From assembly GCA_030044235.1 (NCBI GenBank), contig JASHWD010000102.1:1-28332 (forward strand): a stretch of DNA of 28,332 nt. The letters run 5' to 3'. Position numbers and translations under genes: made by a program. The notes below the pieces were generated by a model that was not told where the DNA came from, searched no databases, and saw nothing but the letters and a program-made list of their open reading frames with translations. This DNA is from Candidatus Parvarchaeota archaeon (GTDB lineage: Archaea > Nanobdellota > Nanobdellia > Parvarchaeales > Parvarchaeaceae). Shown in pieces: positions 1 to 9,086 of this stretch (positions are counted from its first letter, which is position 1; each line of letters starts with the position of its first letter).

Positions 1-2
1 TA

Positions 3-2468
3 TAAGAATTGTATTATCTTTTTGCCCAGTCTTACCGATAAGTCGTTGCTTACTTTAAGGTCCTGAAGCGCTGACGACAATCTTCTTTGCATGTACCCGG
101 ATATAGGAGTACGTATAACGTTGTCCATTAAACCTTCTCTGCTACTAGCTGAGTGTAGGAAGTATTCAACCGGATTCAAACCGGTCATATAGCTTGCGGT
201 AATAAATCCTCTGGCCTTGAGCCCGTTGTCTCCTTTAAGTGAATGCGCCGTAAGCCTACCCTCAAATCCGTTATTTATTCTAACGTCCCTTAAGAGCTGC
301 TGCCCTACAGCGCCAACGATTGGTATAAGGTTTGTAACGCTCCCTTTTGCACCGGTTGTTATCATAGATTCAACGTTGTTATTCTCTTTCTGTATAAATG
401 TATCAATAGCGTTTCTTATTTTTACCCTAATTTTATTCGTCAAGCTAAGTATCTTAGCTTCGCTAAGCTCGTTATAATTCTTTAATAATGAGCTTGCGTC
501 TTTATCTCCCTCAGCGATTATATCTGCTATGCTACTGTATGCAACTTTAGGCATGTCAAAGTCGCTTAAGTTAACGCTCATACCGTATTTAAGAAGGACC
601 ATCAGACCAAGGCGCCCGGATTGGTCTATAAATCTCGCAGTTATATCAGGGCCATACCTTACAAACAAAAACTGTAAGAGACTTCCATTTTCTTTACCTA
701 TTGTTGCGCTGTCTATAACTCCAGTCTCTAGTTTTCCATTCTTTATTTTTACGTAACTGTCTTCCTCTTTTGTAATTTTAAACGTCGTACTATTGCTTTC
801 AAAGTTAAGATCTTTTGGTAAAATCATGCTAAATATTTCTCTACCAGAATATTTGTCTTTTTTAAGCGATTGTTCAGCTCCTATATTAGCTAGAAGGAAT
901 TCTGCGGTCTGCCTATCAACTGACATGTCTTTACTAGTCAACATAGCGCAACCGGATACGTAATCCTGCGCAGCACCTATTAATGGTAAACCGTGCCTTG
1001 GCGAAACTATATTATGCTTTATATTTATTATCATATCCGCTTCTGCTAAAGCTTCTTCGTTCTGTAAAATGTGGATGTTCATTTCGTCCCCGTCGAAGTC
1101 TGCATTATAAGGCAAAGTCGAAGCAGGGTTTATACCCAAAGTATTGTAAGGTAAAATCCTTGCATAGTGACCCATTATAGACTGTCTATGCAGCGAAGGC
1201 TGACGATTGAAAAGGACAATGTCACCATCTACAAGGTGCCTTTCTACAATGTAGCCTGGTTTAATCTCTTCGATTAAGTTTTCTACGGTTAACTCGGTTA
1301 TTTTTTTCTTTATTCCGTCTGGCGTTATAACGTAGTTCGCGCCGGGATAAGAGTTGAAATTTTTAATTAAACCCTTTAGCCTATCTATATTTACGTCTGT
1401 AACGTATTCCGGGAATGTTATTTCTTTTGATATCTTAATTGGTATACCTACCTCATCCAGTCTTAAGAAAGAATCTGGTGATATGACAGAACGGGCCCCG
1501 TAGTTCACTCTTTTACCAAGAACTGAGCCTCTAAACCTGCCTTCCTTTCCCTTTATCCTATCTTCTAAAGTTTTAAGTTTCTTACCGGACTTGTGCCTTG
1601 CTATTGGTACCTGTGCGGTTCCATTAGAAATAAAAGTTGTTATGTGGTATTGCAGCAGGTCCCACAATTCATCTATTATTATTTCCGGAGCACCAGACTT
1701 TATGTTCTCTGCAAGTCTTTGATTTGTTCTAACTATATCGGTTAACTTATGCGTAAGGTCATCTTCACTTCTCTGTCCATTTTCTAGAGTTATAGAAGGT
1801 CTTATGGTAATCGGTGGCACTGGGAGCAGAGTTATTACCATCCATTCTGGTCTGGAATGATCTGGGTCAAGTCCCATAAATTGCAAATCGGAATCCTTTA
1901 TCTTTTCCAATCTTTCAAGTACATCTACGGGAGTTAATTTTTGCCCGCCGTATACAAATGTGTATGGTTTCTCTAATTTTGTTTTCTGTTGTTTTTCCTT
2001 ACAGAATGGACAAATTGTAACGTTCTTAGCGTGTTTTATTATTGCCTTTATAGTCTTGTTTTTCTTCTGATGTCCCTCGCTTGCTTCTATAGCTACCAAA
2101 GACTCGCTTAATTTCTTAAGTGAATTCTCGGGGATTAATATTCTCCCACAAGCATTACATGTAGCATTTATAAGATTGTAAATGTATGGCACCATCTTTA
2201 TATTAAAAACCGGACTTGCAAGTTCTATATTACCAAAGTGGCCAGGGCAATCTTTTATCGTATTACCGCAAGTTTTACATATCAAACCCGGGTCTGTAAC
2301 TCCCATCCTCAAATCTGAGAGCCCGCCGTCTATAGGAAAACCGTCTATATCATATAATTCAGAGGAGGTTACAGTTACAGAGCTCATCTTTTGTATTGTT
2401 TTTGGAGACAGTAGACCAAATTCTATCCCGTTTATCTTATTGAAAACAAAGTTCGAATCTAATTTCAT
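3..2468 (-). CDS. rpoA1: DNA-directed RNA polymerase subunit A' (Rpo1N); 3' end runs off the window start; absent from the ORF track
   Basis: Manual translation from ATG 2468 (ATGA overlap with the rpoB' stop) gives MKLDSNFVFNKINGIEFGLLSP...GLICKTCGNTIKDCPGHFG. The same frame carries NRQPSLH, catalytic NADFDGD (1086-1106) and the bridge helix (REGL...SGYMQRRL, 78-164). Frame checked at these points, not at every codon. Confidence 0.97.
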   Translation of the reverse strand, partial: MKLDSNFVFNKINGIEFGLLSPKTIQKMSSVTVTSSELYDIDGFPIDGGLSDLRMGVTDPGLICKTCGNTIKDCPGHFGNIELASPVFNIKMVPYIYNLINATCNACGRILIPENSLKKLSESLVAIEASEGHQKKNKTIKAIIKHAKNVTICPFCKEKQQKTKLEKPYTFVYGGQKLTPVDVLERLEKIKDSDLQFMGLDPDHSRPEWMVITLLPVPPITIRPSITLENGQRSEDDLTHKLTDIVRTNQRLAENIKSGAPEIIIDELWDLLQYHITTFISNGTAQVPIARHKSGKKLKTLEDRIKGKEGRFRGSVLGKRVNYGARSVISPDSFLRLDEVGIPIKISKEITFPEYVTDVNIDRLKGLIKNFNSYPGANYVITPDGIKKKITELTVENLIEEIKPGYIVERHLVDGDIVLFNRQPSLHRQSIMGHYARILPYNTLGINPASTLPYNADFDGDEMNIHILQNEEALAEADMIINIKHNIVSPRHGLPLIGAAQDYVSGCAMLTSKDMSVDRQTAEFLLANIGAEQSLKKDKYSGREIFSMILPKDLNFESNSTTFKITKEEDSYVKIKNGKLETGVIDSATIGKENGSLLQFLFVRYGPDITARFIDQSGRLGLMVLLKYGMSVNLSDFDMPKVAYSSIADIIAEGDKDASSLLKNYNELSEAKILSLTNKIRVKIRNAIDTFIQKENNNVESMITTGAKGSVTNLIPIVGAVGQQLLRDVRINNGFEGRLTAHSLKGDNGLKARGFITASYMTGLNPVEYFLHSASSREGLMDNVIRTPISGYMQRRLSSALQDLKVSNDLSVRLGKKIIQFL

Positions 2469-4267
2469 ACTTTTTTACCTAACGCTATCCTTGGGTATAT
2501 TCCGACCGATTTTAATTCGTCTAGTAATATCTTAAACGAAGCCGAGACCTCGATTAATTTTATAGGCGCGTCTTCTCCATCGAGTTGACAATAACCTGTT
2601 TTCTTTCTGACATTGTAAACTGAAATCATACCACATTTTCCACAAACCGGTATTGCTATCTTGTCGGAGTCAAATCTTTCCTTCAAAGACATTGCTGCGC
2701 CATAAGAAACAAAGCAGTCTTTCTCCATCTCCCCTAATCTTAAGCCGCCGCTCTTTGATTTACCCTCTGTAGGCTGTCTTGTAAGAAGTTGTATCGGGCC
2801 TCTAGCTCTCCATTGTATCTTATTAGATACAAAGTGCTTTAATCTTATGTAAGCCATATCACCAACAAAAATTCTTGTTTTCATCTCTTCGCCGGTTATG
2901 CCGTTATACATTGTTTCTACGCCATTTTCCCTAAAGCCGTAAGAATGAAGTTCTTTTCTCATAGACTCTTCGTCTTCGCCGGCAAATGGTGTACCATCTA
3001 TGTAGCGACCACCTAGCGCTCCGACTTTTGCACCCAAAAGTTCCAGAAGGTAAGCCATTGACATACGTGTTGGCAAAGAATAGGGTGAAAAGATTAAATC
3101 TGGTACTATACCAGAATAAGTAAACGGCATGTCTTCTTCGTCTAGCAACATTCCGACTACCCCTTTTTGTCCGCTTCTCGAACCAAACTTGTCTCCGATC
3201 TCAACTATTCTTTCTTGCCTTACTTTAATTGAAACGTACTTATTTCCATCTGCAGTCGATGTCAAAAACACATTGTCTACAGTACCGCTTTCCCCCGTCC
3301 TACACTCTACTGAAGATTCGACCTGCTTTTGAACGCCTAACCTAAACTTATCTATTGAAGACACAAATCGTGGCGGAGAAACTCTACCTATAAGAACATC
3401 GCCACTTTCAACTTTTGCAGATGGAAATGCTATTCCATCTTCATCAAGGAATTTATAAGCATCTTCGGATCTGTATCCGATTACGTCTTTATCCGGAACA
3501 GTTATAATGTCGCTCTGGCCGCCTATGTATTTTGTTTCTTCAATCTTATAAGGTCTGAAGAACATCGCTCTGAATAGTCCCCTGTCTACGGAGGATTTGT
3601 TTATTATAATCGCGTCGTCCATATTATAACCTAAATAGGAAACGACCGCAACGACTATGTTCTGGCCAAAGACGTGGCTCTTGAAAGATTCATTATCATA
3701 CATTTTTGTTTTTACTATCGGCAACTGTTGATCGATAGCGATCATCGAGTCATTATCCATTCTTATAAGATAATTATTAGAATAGATTCCTACTCCCTGC
3801 TGTACACTTTTAACGGCAGTAACATTTCTGTGCGCGTTACTGTGGTTTATAAACGGCAAAAGTGAAGCTTGGGTTCCAAATACGGAAAGAGGCGTTATTT
3901 CGAGGTGAGTATGTTGCGGAGTTAAATCGCTTTCGTTAAGCGCAACGTAAGCATCTTCTTCCTCATCAGCATCTAAATATTCGATTTTCCCGGATTGTAC
4001 CAGTGTGTCCCAAGTTATGTGATTTCCTTCTAAAAGGTTTATGTCCTCTTTTGTTACAAGCGGTTTGCCGTTTTTTACGACTATCAATGCTCTGACTAGT
4101 CTGCCACCATCGCTATTTATCATTACACTATCAGTTTCTTCTCTGTATCTTACATTAACGCTAGATGGAAGCGCGCCACTTCTTCTATCGTTTACAATAG
4201 CTTTAGCTAACTTTGGACCGTCGTCGGTTCTACCAGATAATCTCCCATTTACAAAGACAAATGTCAT
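2465..4267 (-). CDS. rpoB1: DNA-directed RNA polymerase subunit B' (Rpo2C, C-terminal half of split Rpo2)
   Basis: GDKF-SR-GQKG, LTRQPTEG, GGLRLGEME and a C-terminal CxxC zinc ribbon; starts at the usual archaeal split site (FVNG). Confidence 0.97.
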   Translation of the reverse strand: MTFVFVNGRLSGRTDDGPKLAKAIVNDRRSGALPSSVNVRYREETDSVMINSDGGRLVRALIVVKNGKPLVTKEDINLLEGNHITWDTLVQSGKIEYLDADEEEDAYVALNESDLTPQHTHLEITPLSVFGTQASLLPFINHSNAHRNVTAVKSVQQGVGIYSNNYLIRMDNDSMIAIDQQLPIVKTKMYDNESFKSHVFGQNIVVAVVSYLGYNMDDAIIINKSSVDRGLFRAMFFRPYKIEETKYIGGQSDIITVPDKDVIGYRSEDAYKFLDEDGIAFPSAKVESGDVLIGRVSPPRFVSSIDKFRLGVQKQVESSVECRTGESGTVDNVFLTSTADGNKYVSIKVRQERIVEIGDKFGSRSGQKGVVGMLLDEEDMPFTYSGIVPDLIFSPYSLPTRMSMAYLLELLGAKVGALGGRYIDGTPFAGEDEESMRKELHSYGFRENGVETMYNGITGEEMKTRIFVGDMAYIRLKHFVSNKIQWRARGPIQLLTRQPTEGKSKSGGLRLGEMEKDCFVSYGAAMSLKERFDSDKIAIPVCGKCGMISVYNVRKKTGYCQLDGEDAPIKLIEVSASFKILLDELKSVGIYPRIALGKKV

Positions 4268-5742
4268 ATTGGTTTAACCTCGTAATCTTTTAATTTCTTA
4301 ACTATTTCATTGGTTTCTACATTTTCATCGGATATCTTAGCTAGTAGAGCTATGTTCTTAGTTAAACCTATCTTAGGACCTTCTGGTGTCTCTACAGCGC
4401 AAAACCTACCAAAGTGTGTGCCGTGTAGGTCTCTCGCCCTATAATTTTCTCTATTAGAAGTAAGAAGCGATTCTACTTTCCTTAGATGAGACACAGTGGA
4501 AGGAAAACTTCTACGATCTAGGTGCTGTGTTATTCCTACTCTACCGCCAACCCACTGACCAGTTGCCAATGAAGATCTTAATCTAGAAGTTAGTTGATCT
4601 GAAGTAAATATATATCTAGGACTTGGAACTCTGTCTTTCTTTATTCCTCTTTCGAAGTTATACTTTGCATCGTTCAAAACCTGCTTGAAAACGAATCTAA
4701 AAAGCATATCAAGGTTATAATTCTCCGCGTGCAATCTTTTATTTGAATAGTGGTCCTTGTCTACTTCTTTCTTTGATATAGCGTAATTAAGAAGTCTTGA
4801 AACAACATAAATTAAGTATTCTCCTTTAAGTCTTCTAGATTCCTTATCGCGTCCTAAAAACGGAAACAGAAGCGCGTCTATGTTCAATTCTGCTGTTTCT
4901 ATTGAATGTACGGAATGAAGTGACTTGCCTATGTTGTCCAATGCGTCTTTCTCACTATCGACATTAAATGCTACAAGGTTTATGTCTATAGTATTCTCAA
5001 TGTCTTCATCGCCTTTAGATATCTTCTTTATCAATTCATTTTCGTTGGTGAATCCTAAGGCCTTTAATAAAATCATTACCGATACTTTCTTTAATTTTCC
5101 GAAGGTTATGTATAAAAGATTACTGTTAGATAATTGAATTGAATGTGGAACTTTTATATTGTCCGCATCCGCAAAGATTTTTACCGAATAAAGGAACCCT
5201 TCTTGACTTTCCTTCCCTATCAAAAGGTTATTTGGAGCTAAATCCTCTGTAGTTATTATTATTCTTTCTGTACCATTTATTATGAAATATCCGCCTGGGT
5301 CATTTGGATCTTCTTTTAATTTTACTAAATCTTCTCTAGATAAGCCCGAAAGATTGCAGAATTTCGATTTTACAACTATTGGAATCCTGCCGATGAATAC
5401 CTCTTCTTCTGCTACCGTCTTTTTATCAGCTAGATAGGAAACCGAAAGCACCATCGGCGCGTCATAAGTCAAATCTCTTATTCTTGCCTCCATAGGGGTC
5501 GTCGGTCTAGTAATGCTGTCGGCTTCTAATATGTCTGGCTTTCCTACAGTTAATTTACCAAGTTTAATTAAAAATTCGCCAACGCCTGTCGGTTTTATAA
5601 CCGGTTCTATAGTTGATTCGCTGTCTATTATTTTTTGCAGGCCCCTCTCTATAAAATATTCAAAGGAAGAGATGTGGTGCGCAGCTACGTTATTAGACTT
5701 AATTGCTGCTTCGAGCAGCTTATCACTTGCAGACTTGTCCAT
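4264..5742 (-). CDS. rpoB2: DNA-directed RNA polymerase subunit B'' (Rpo2N)
   Basis: TPMEARIRDLTY, DPGGYFIINGTER, RDLHGTHFGRFCAVETPEG; ATGA overlap with rpoB'. Confidence 0.97.
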   Translation of the reverse strand: MDKSASDKLLEAAIKSNNVAAHHISSFEYFIERGLQKIIDSESTIEPVIKPTGVGEFLIKLGKLTVGKPDILEADSITRPTTPMEARIRDLTYDAPMVLSVSYLADKKTVAEEEVFIGRIPIVVKSKFCNLSGLSREDLVKLKEDPNDPGGYFIINGTERIIITTEDLAPNNLLIGKESQEGFLYSVKIFADADNIKVPHSIQLSNSNLLYITFGKLKKVSVMILLKALGFTNENELIKKISKGDEDIENTIDINLVAFNVDSEKDALDNIGKSLHSVHSIETAELNIDALLFPFLGRDKESRRLKGEYLIYVVSRLLNYAISKKEVDKDHYSNKRLHAENYNLDMLFRFVFKQVLNDAKYNFERGIKKDRVPSPRYIFTSDQLTSRLRSSLATGQWVGGRVGITQHLDRRSFPSTVSHLRKVESLLTSNRENYRARDLHGTHFGRFCAVETPEGPKIGLTKNIALLAKISDENVETNEIVKKLKDYEVKPI

Positions 5743-5748
5743 AAATTT

Positions 5749-5982
5749 TTATTTAACTACAAAACGATAATATTTTGCTTGACCGGCGGTTTTACTATCT
5801 CGCGTTATTTCCAACACGTCTCCTTCATTCGCATTTAATTTCTTAACTGCCGGATCGGTAAGTTTAATTTTAGGTAAATCTCTTGTAATAACTTTAAATT
5901 TGTTAAGAATAGCCTCTACCTCGTCTACTTTCATTACACGATATTTTGGGGACAGGCGACTTGTAAAAACATCAATATCCAA
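5749..5982 (-). CDS. rpoH: DNA-directed RNA polymerase subunit H (Rpo5), TTG start
   Basis: LPKIKLTDPAVKKL...GDVLEITRDSKTAG..KYYRFVV; canonical first gene of the operon; GAGGT SD-like sequence upstream of the TTG. Confidence 0.95.
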   Translation of the reverse strand: MDIDVFTSRLSPKYRVMKVDEVEAILNKFKVITRDLPKIKLTDPAVKKLNANEGDVLEITRDSKTAGQAKYYRFVVK

Positions 5983-6031
5983 GCAGGTAACCTCTATACA
6001 GATTTACAATTACTAGAGGTGATATTTTTAG

Positions 6032-6047
6032 TATATAAAGCTTTCGG
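6032..6047 (-). promoter_or_regulatory. BRE plus TATA box of the rpoH-B''-B'-A' operon
   Basis: Minus strand reads CCGAAAGC-TTTATATA about 50 nt upstream of the rpoH start, matching the archaeal BRE/TATA arrangement. Confidence 0.65.
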
Positions 6048-6086
6048 TTTTGTTATGATTTTACAGTGATAGATAATTAAGCATTT

Positions 6087-6851
6087 TTATGTGTTTTGGC
6101 TCATGGCCCTGCGGAATAAAGAGGAGCTTATTTTATTGTTATTATATTTCATTAAAATTTTATACATTTTGTCTGCACTGAAAAGGTAACCTAGCATAAA
6201 AAAAGACACCACTATGCTCATCCCGAGATAGAAATACAGAAGATTTAGTCCGGTGTTGAATAGCAAAGAAACAAAAAACGTAAATAAAACGAGATAAAAA
6301 AGGAAAACCGGCAATATCTTTAGGAATCTGGCCTTTGTGATATTAAAAGAATCTTTAAGCGCCTCTGATAAGCTAACATTTCCGTTATGGCTCTCTATAT
6401 TAAAGAAAATGCTCTTTACGCCGAAATAAAAACCGGGTATTATAAGCAGTACAAAACCGCCAAAAAGCAAGAATAATTGGGATATTGTTGCTATAAAGAA
6501 CTTAGGAAACTTTATTAGCGCTGTCAAAAGCGCATCTTTAAAGTTTACCGGCGCTTTGAGCTCTACTCTCTTCTTAACTTCTAGACCCAGCGAAAGAAGA
6601 TAAAAAAATACAAAAACTTCGAGAAGAACTAGACCCAGGGCAGTTGGAATTACATAAGATGGATAGACAGTTGTGTACGTCGCACCTGAATTTAGTGTCA
6701 AATTTAGAAAAACGTATAATCCTAAATAAATTACAAGAAAAAGCGACAAAGCCATTGTGACAAAAATGGCGAATATCTTTGGTCTTATTATATAAGAGAG
6801 GCCTGAAAATATTGCAACCGCCGGATCTGTCTCAAAAATTGATGGGGCCAT
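6087..6851 (-). CDS. Hypothetical multi-pass membrane protein
   Basis: About 5-6 hydrophobic segments; starts 7 nt after the nth stop, so probably co-transcribed. Confidence 0.8.
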   Translation of the reverse strand: MAPSIFETDPAVAIFSGLSYIIRPKIFAIFVTMALSLFLVIYLGLYVFLNLTLNSGATYTTVYPSYVIPTALGLVLLEVFVFFYLLSLGLEVKKRVELKAPVNFKDALLTALIKFPKFFIATISQLFLLFGGFVLLIIPGFYFGVKSIFFNIESHNGNVSLSEALKDSFNITKARFLKILPVFLFYLVLFTFFVSLLFNTGLNLLYFYLGMSIVVSFFMLGYLFSADKMYKILMKYNNNKISSSLFRRAMSQNT

Positions 6852-6858
6852 AATTAAA

Positions 6859-7536
6859 TTATGACCGATGTTGCTTATAACTCTTATTTATCGTATTAAC
6901 TCGATTCTTGTAATATTTCTTTTTTTCGAATTTACAGTATGAATAAATTGGACAACGGTAACATTGTGGCGCAGTCGGTCGGCATAAGTCTTGTCCAAAA
7001 GTCACTAAGATGTGATTCGCTAGCATTCTTTGTTTAATATTCAATAGACTTTCTAGAACAACTTGAGTGTTCTCCGGCTTATTGTTTTTCGGAACTATAC
7101 CTAGCCTCTGAGAAATCCTATTAACGTGCGTATCAACGGGTATCGAAGGTATGCCAAAACCCCATACTTCTACTAGACTAGCCACCTTTGGACCAACCCC
7201 GGGTATCTTCAATAAATCTTCTTTTGCGCGCGGCACTCTGCCATTAAAATCTAATAAAAGCATTTCGGCTGCCTTTCTAAGAAGATTCGCTTTTGTCTTG
7301 TAAAAAGACACAGGATAAATAGTTTTTTTGATTGTATTGACATTCAACTTCGAAAGCTGTTCCGGATTTTTAGCGATTTTTAAAAGTCTATCTTGAGCCC
7401 CAAAAGTAGTTTCGTCTTTAGTTCGAGTTGAAAGAATACCATGTATAAGTATTTCAAATGGCCTTACTTTCTCGATCTTAACCTTATATTTTCTGTTAAG
7501 GATATTTAATATCTTGCCTATGTCTTTTTTGCCCAT
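6859..7536 (-). CDS. nth: Endonuclease III (HhH-GPD glycosylase/AP lyase with 4Fe-4S cluster)
   Basis: HhH LLKIPGVGPKVA, IPVDTHVNRI, and C-x6-C-x2-C-x5-C (CRPTAPQCYRCPIYSYC). Confidence 0.95.
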   Translation of the reverse strand: MGKKDIGKILNILNRKYKVKIEKVRPFEILIHGILSTRTKDETTFGAQDRLLKIAKNPEQLSKLNVNTIKKTIYPVSFYKTKANLLRKAAEMLLLDFNGRVPRAKEDLLKIPGVGPKVASLVEVWGFGIPSIPVDTHVNRISQRLGIVPKNNKPENTQVVLESLLNIKQRMLANHILVTFGQDLCRPTAPQCYRCPIYSYCKFEKKKYYKNRVNTINKSYKQHRS

Positions 7537-7607
7537 TTAAGATCCTTTTAGGAATACACCAGTATATATAATCAAATCTTATTAAATTAGTTTATTAATA
7601 ACTTAAT

Positions 7608-7937
7608 ATGAAATATTTGCCGAAGAGTGACGGTATAAAGTACCTTACAGAGAGATACGATATAAATTTTGATGATATAATCGACACCATAAAAGAAAAG
7701 AAATATGATAAAATCGCGATACAAATACCAGACGGCTTCAAAATGCATGCTCTTGAGATATCAGACTTTATAAAAGAAAATTCTGGAGCAGATGTCTATA
7801 TCTGGGGCGGAAGTACGTACGGGGCATGCGACGCTCCAACAGGTCTGGAAAAACTGGGCATAAAAATGATAATACAATTTGGCCATGCCAGATTCCGCGC
7901 AGACGAAACGAAGAAGCCTTCCGAGATAATAAAATGA
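7608..7937 (+). CDS. dph2: Diphthamide synthesis Dph2/Dph1-family protein, N-terminal domain only (109 aa)
   Basis: IAIQIPDGFK, STYGACD and IIQFGH match the first domain of archaeal Dph2; stop overlaps the rnhB start (ATGA). Confidence 0.8.
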   Translation: MKYLPKSDGIKYLTERYDINFDDIIDTIKEKKYDKIAIQIPDGFKMHALEISDFIKENSGADVYIWGGSTYGACDAPTGLEKLGIKMIIQFGHARFRADETKKPSEIIK

Positions 7938-8590
7938 ACCGGATAGGAATAGATGAAGCGGGCAGAGGGCCGGTTATAGGTCCTCTTGTTGTGGCTGGTG
8001 TAAGTTTAGATAAAGAAACCGCAGATAAATTTAAAATTGCCGGGGTAAAAGACTCAAAGCTTTTGAGCATAAAGAGAATATTTTTATTGGAAAGATTGAT
8101 AGTAGAAAATTCGTCGGGATACATGGTTGAGGAGATAAGTCCTGCGTCCATAGACTCTAGATTTGAGGACGGAACTAACCTTAATTTTCTTGAATTAGAC
8201 AGAATGATAAATATAGCAAATAAGCTCTTGGGAGAAACCGTTATAATAGACTGCCCAAGTTCAAATACAAAGAAAATAAAAGCGTTTTTAACCAAAAAAA
8301 TCCTCGGCAAAGAGCTTATAGTAGAAAACTACGCGGATAAAAACTTCGTTGAAGTTTCCGCAGCGTCTATAGTAGCTAAAGCACTAAGAGAACGTGAAGT
8401 GGCTGCCATAAAGAAGGAACTTGAATACGACTTTGGCAGTGGATATCCATCTGACCCGAGAACTATAAAATTTCTAAAAATAATAAAAGAAAATGGCCTA
8501 ATTCTCGAAGAAAAATATAAAAAACACATTCGTGGAACTTGGGCTACTTTTAAAAACTTAGAAAATAGAAATCTTCACGACTTTTTGTGA
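7934..8590 (+). CDS. rnhB: Ribonuclease HII (start corrected from 7826 to ATG 7934)
   Basis: GIDEAGRGPVIGP, VKDSK, ADK...VSAASIVAK, GSGYPSDP. Confidence 0.95.
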   Translation: MNRIGIDEAGRGPVIGPLVVAGVSLDKETADKFKIAGVKDSKLLSIKRIFLLERLIVENSSGYMVEEISPASIDSRFEDGTNLNFLELDRMINIANKLLGETVIIDCPSSNTKKIKAFLTKKILGKELIVENYADKNFVEVSAASIVAKALREREVAAIKKELEYDFGSGYPSDPRTIKFLKIIKENGLILEEKYKKHIRGTWATFKNLENRNLHDFL

Positions 8591-8982
8591 ATCAGTTTGT
8601 CTATTAGCTCCTTAGGTATCGGCACCGCTTTCCATTTATTTTTATCGATTACGACTTGTATTATATACCCTTCGCAAAGCAAGTCGCCATCTCTTCTTAT
8701 AGAAAAATCAAATCTTATCGCCTTTTCCGAGATTATACTTGGTGTAATGCCGACCCTTATTTTGTCTCCAGCTCTTGCGGATTTATAATATTTTGCATTT
8801 GATTCCACAACGACTAACCAAAGCTTTTCATTTATGGCTGGAAAAAGGTAGCCCGCACGTGCATTAGAAAATTGTTCTAAGGCGTCTGTGAAGAATCTAT
8901 AATAACCCGCATAATGAACTATACCTTGAGCATCGGTATCATATATTCTAACCATTTCGTCAAAAAAGAATTCGTCTTTCAT
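8575..8982 (-). CDS. Acyl-CoA thioesterase, hotdog fold (4HBT/YbgC family)
   Basis: VRIYDTDAQGIVHYAGY family motif; 135 aa. Confidence 0.88.
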   Translation of the reverse strand: MKDEFFFDEMVRIYDTDAQGIVHYAGYYRFFTDALEQFSNARAGYLFPAINEKLWLVVVESNAKYYKSARAGDKIRVGITPSIISEKAIRFDFSIRRDGDLLCEGYIIQVVIDKNKWKAVPIPKELIDKLIHKKS

Positions 8983-9086
8983 TTCTATTATAAAAGTTTA
9001 TAATTCTTATAGGTATCGTTATCAACTAATCTTATTTACATTGTTAAATGAAAAAGAGTTAAATTTAGTGGGCTCAAACGTTATTT

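Noticed and set aside
217-2535. Plus-strand ORFs in the track (217, 529, 983, 2182)
   Set aside because: Antisense shadows of rpoA', which the track omitted because it runs off the window
4264-4267. Split of rpoB into B'' and B' as a novelty
   Set aside because: A well-known archaeal split at the usual position
7826-7933. N-terminal extension of RNase HII, or a frameshifted continuation of Dph2
   Set aside because: RNase HII homology begins at ATG 7934, and the extension shows no Dph2 domain-2 similarity
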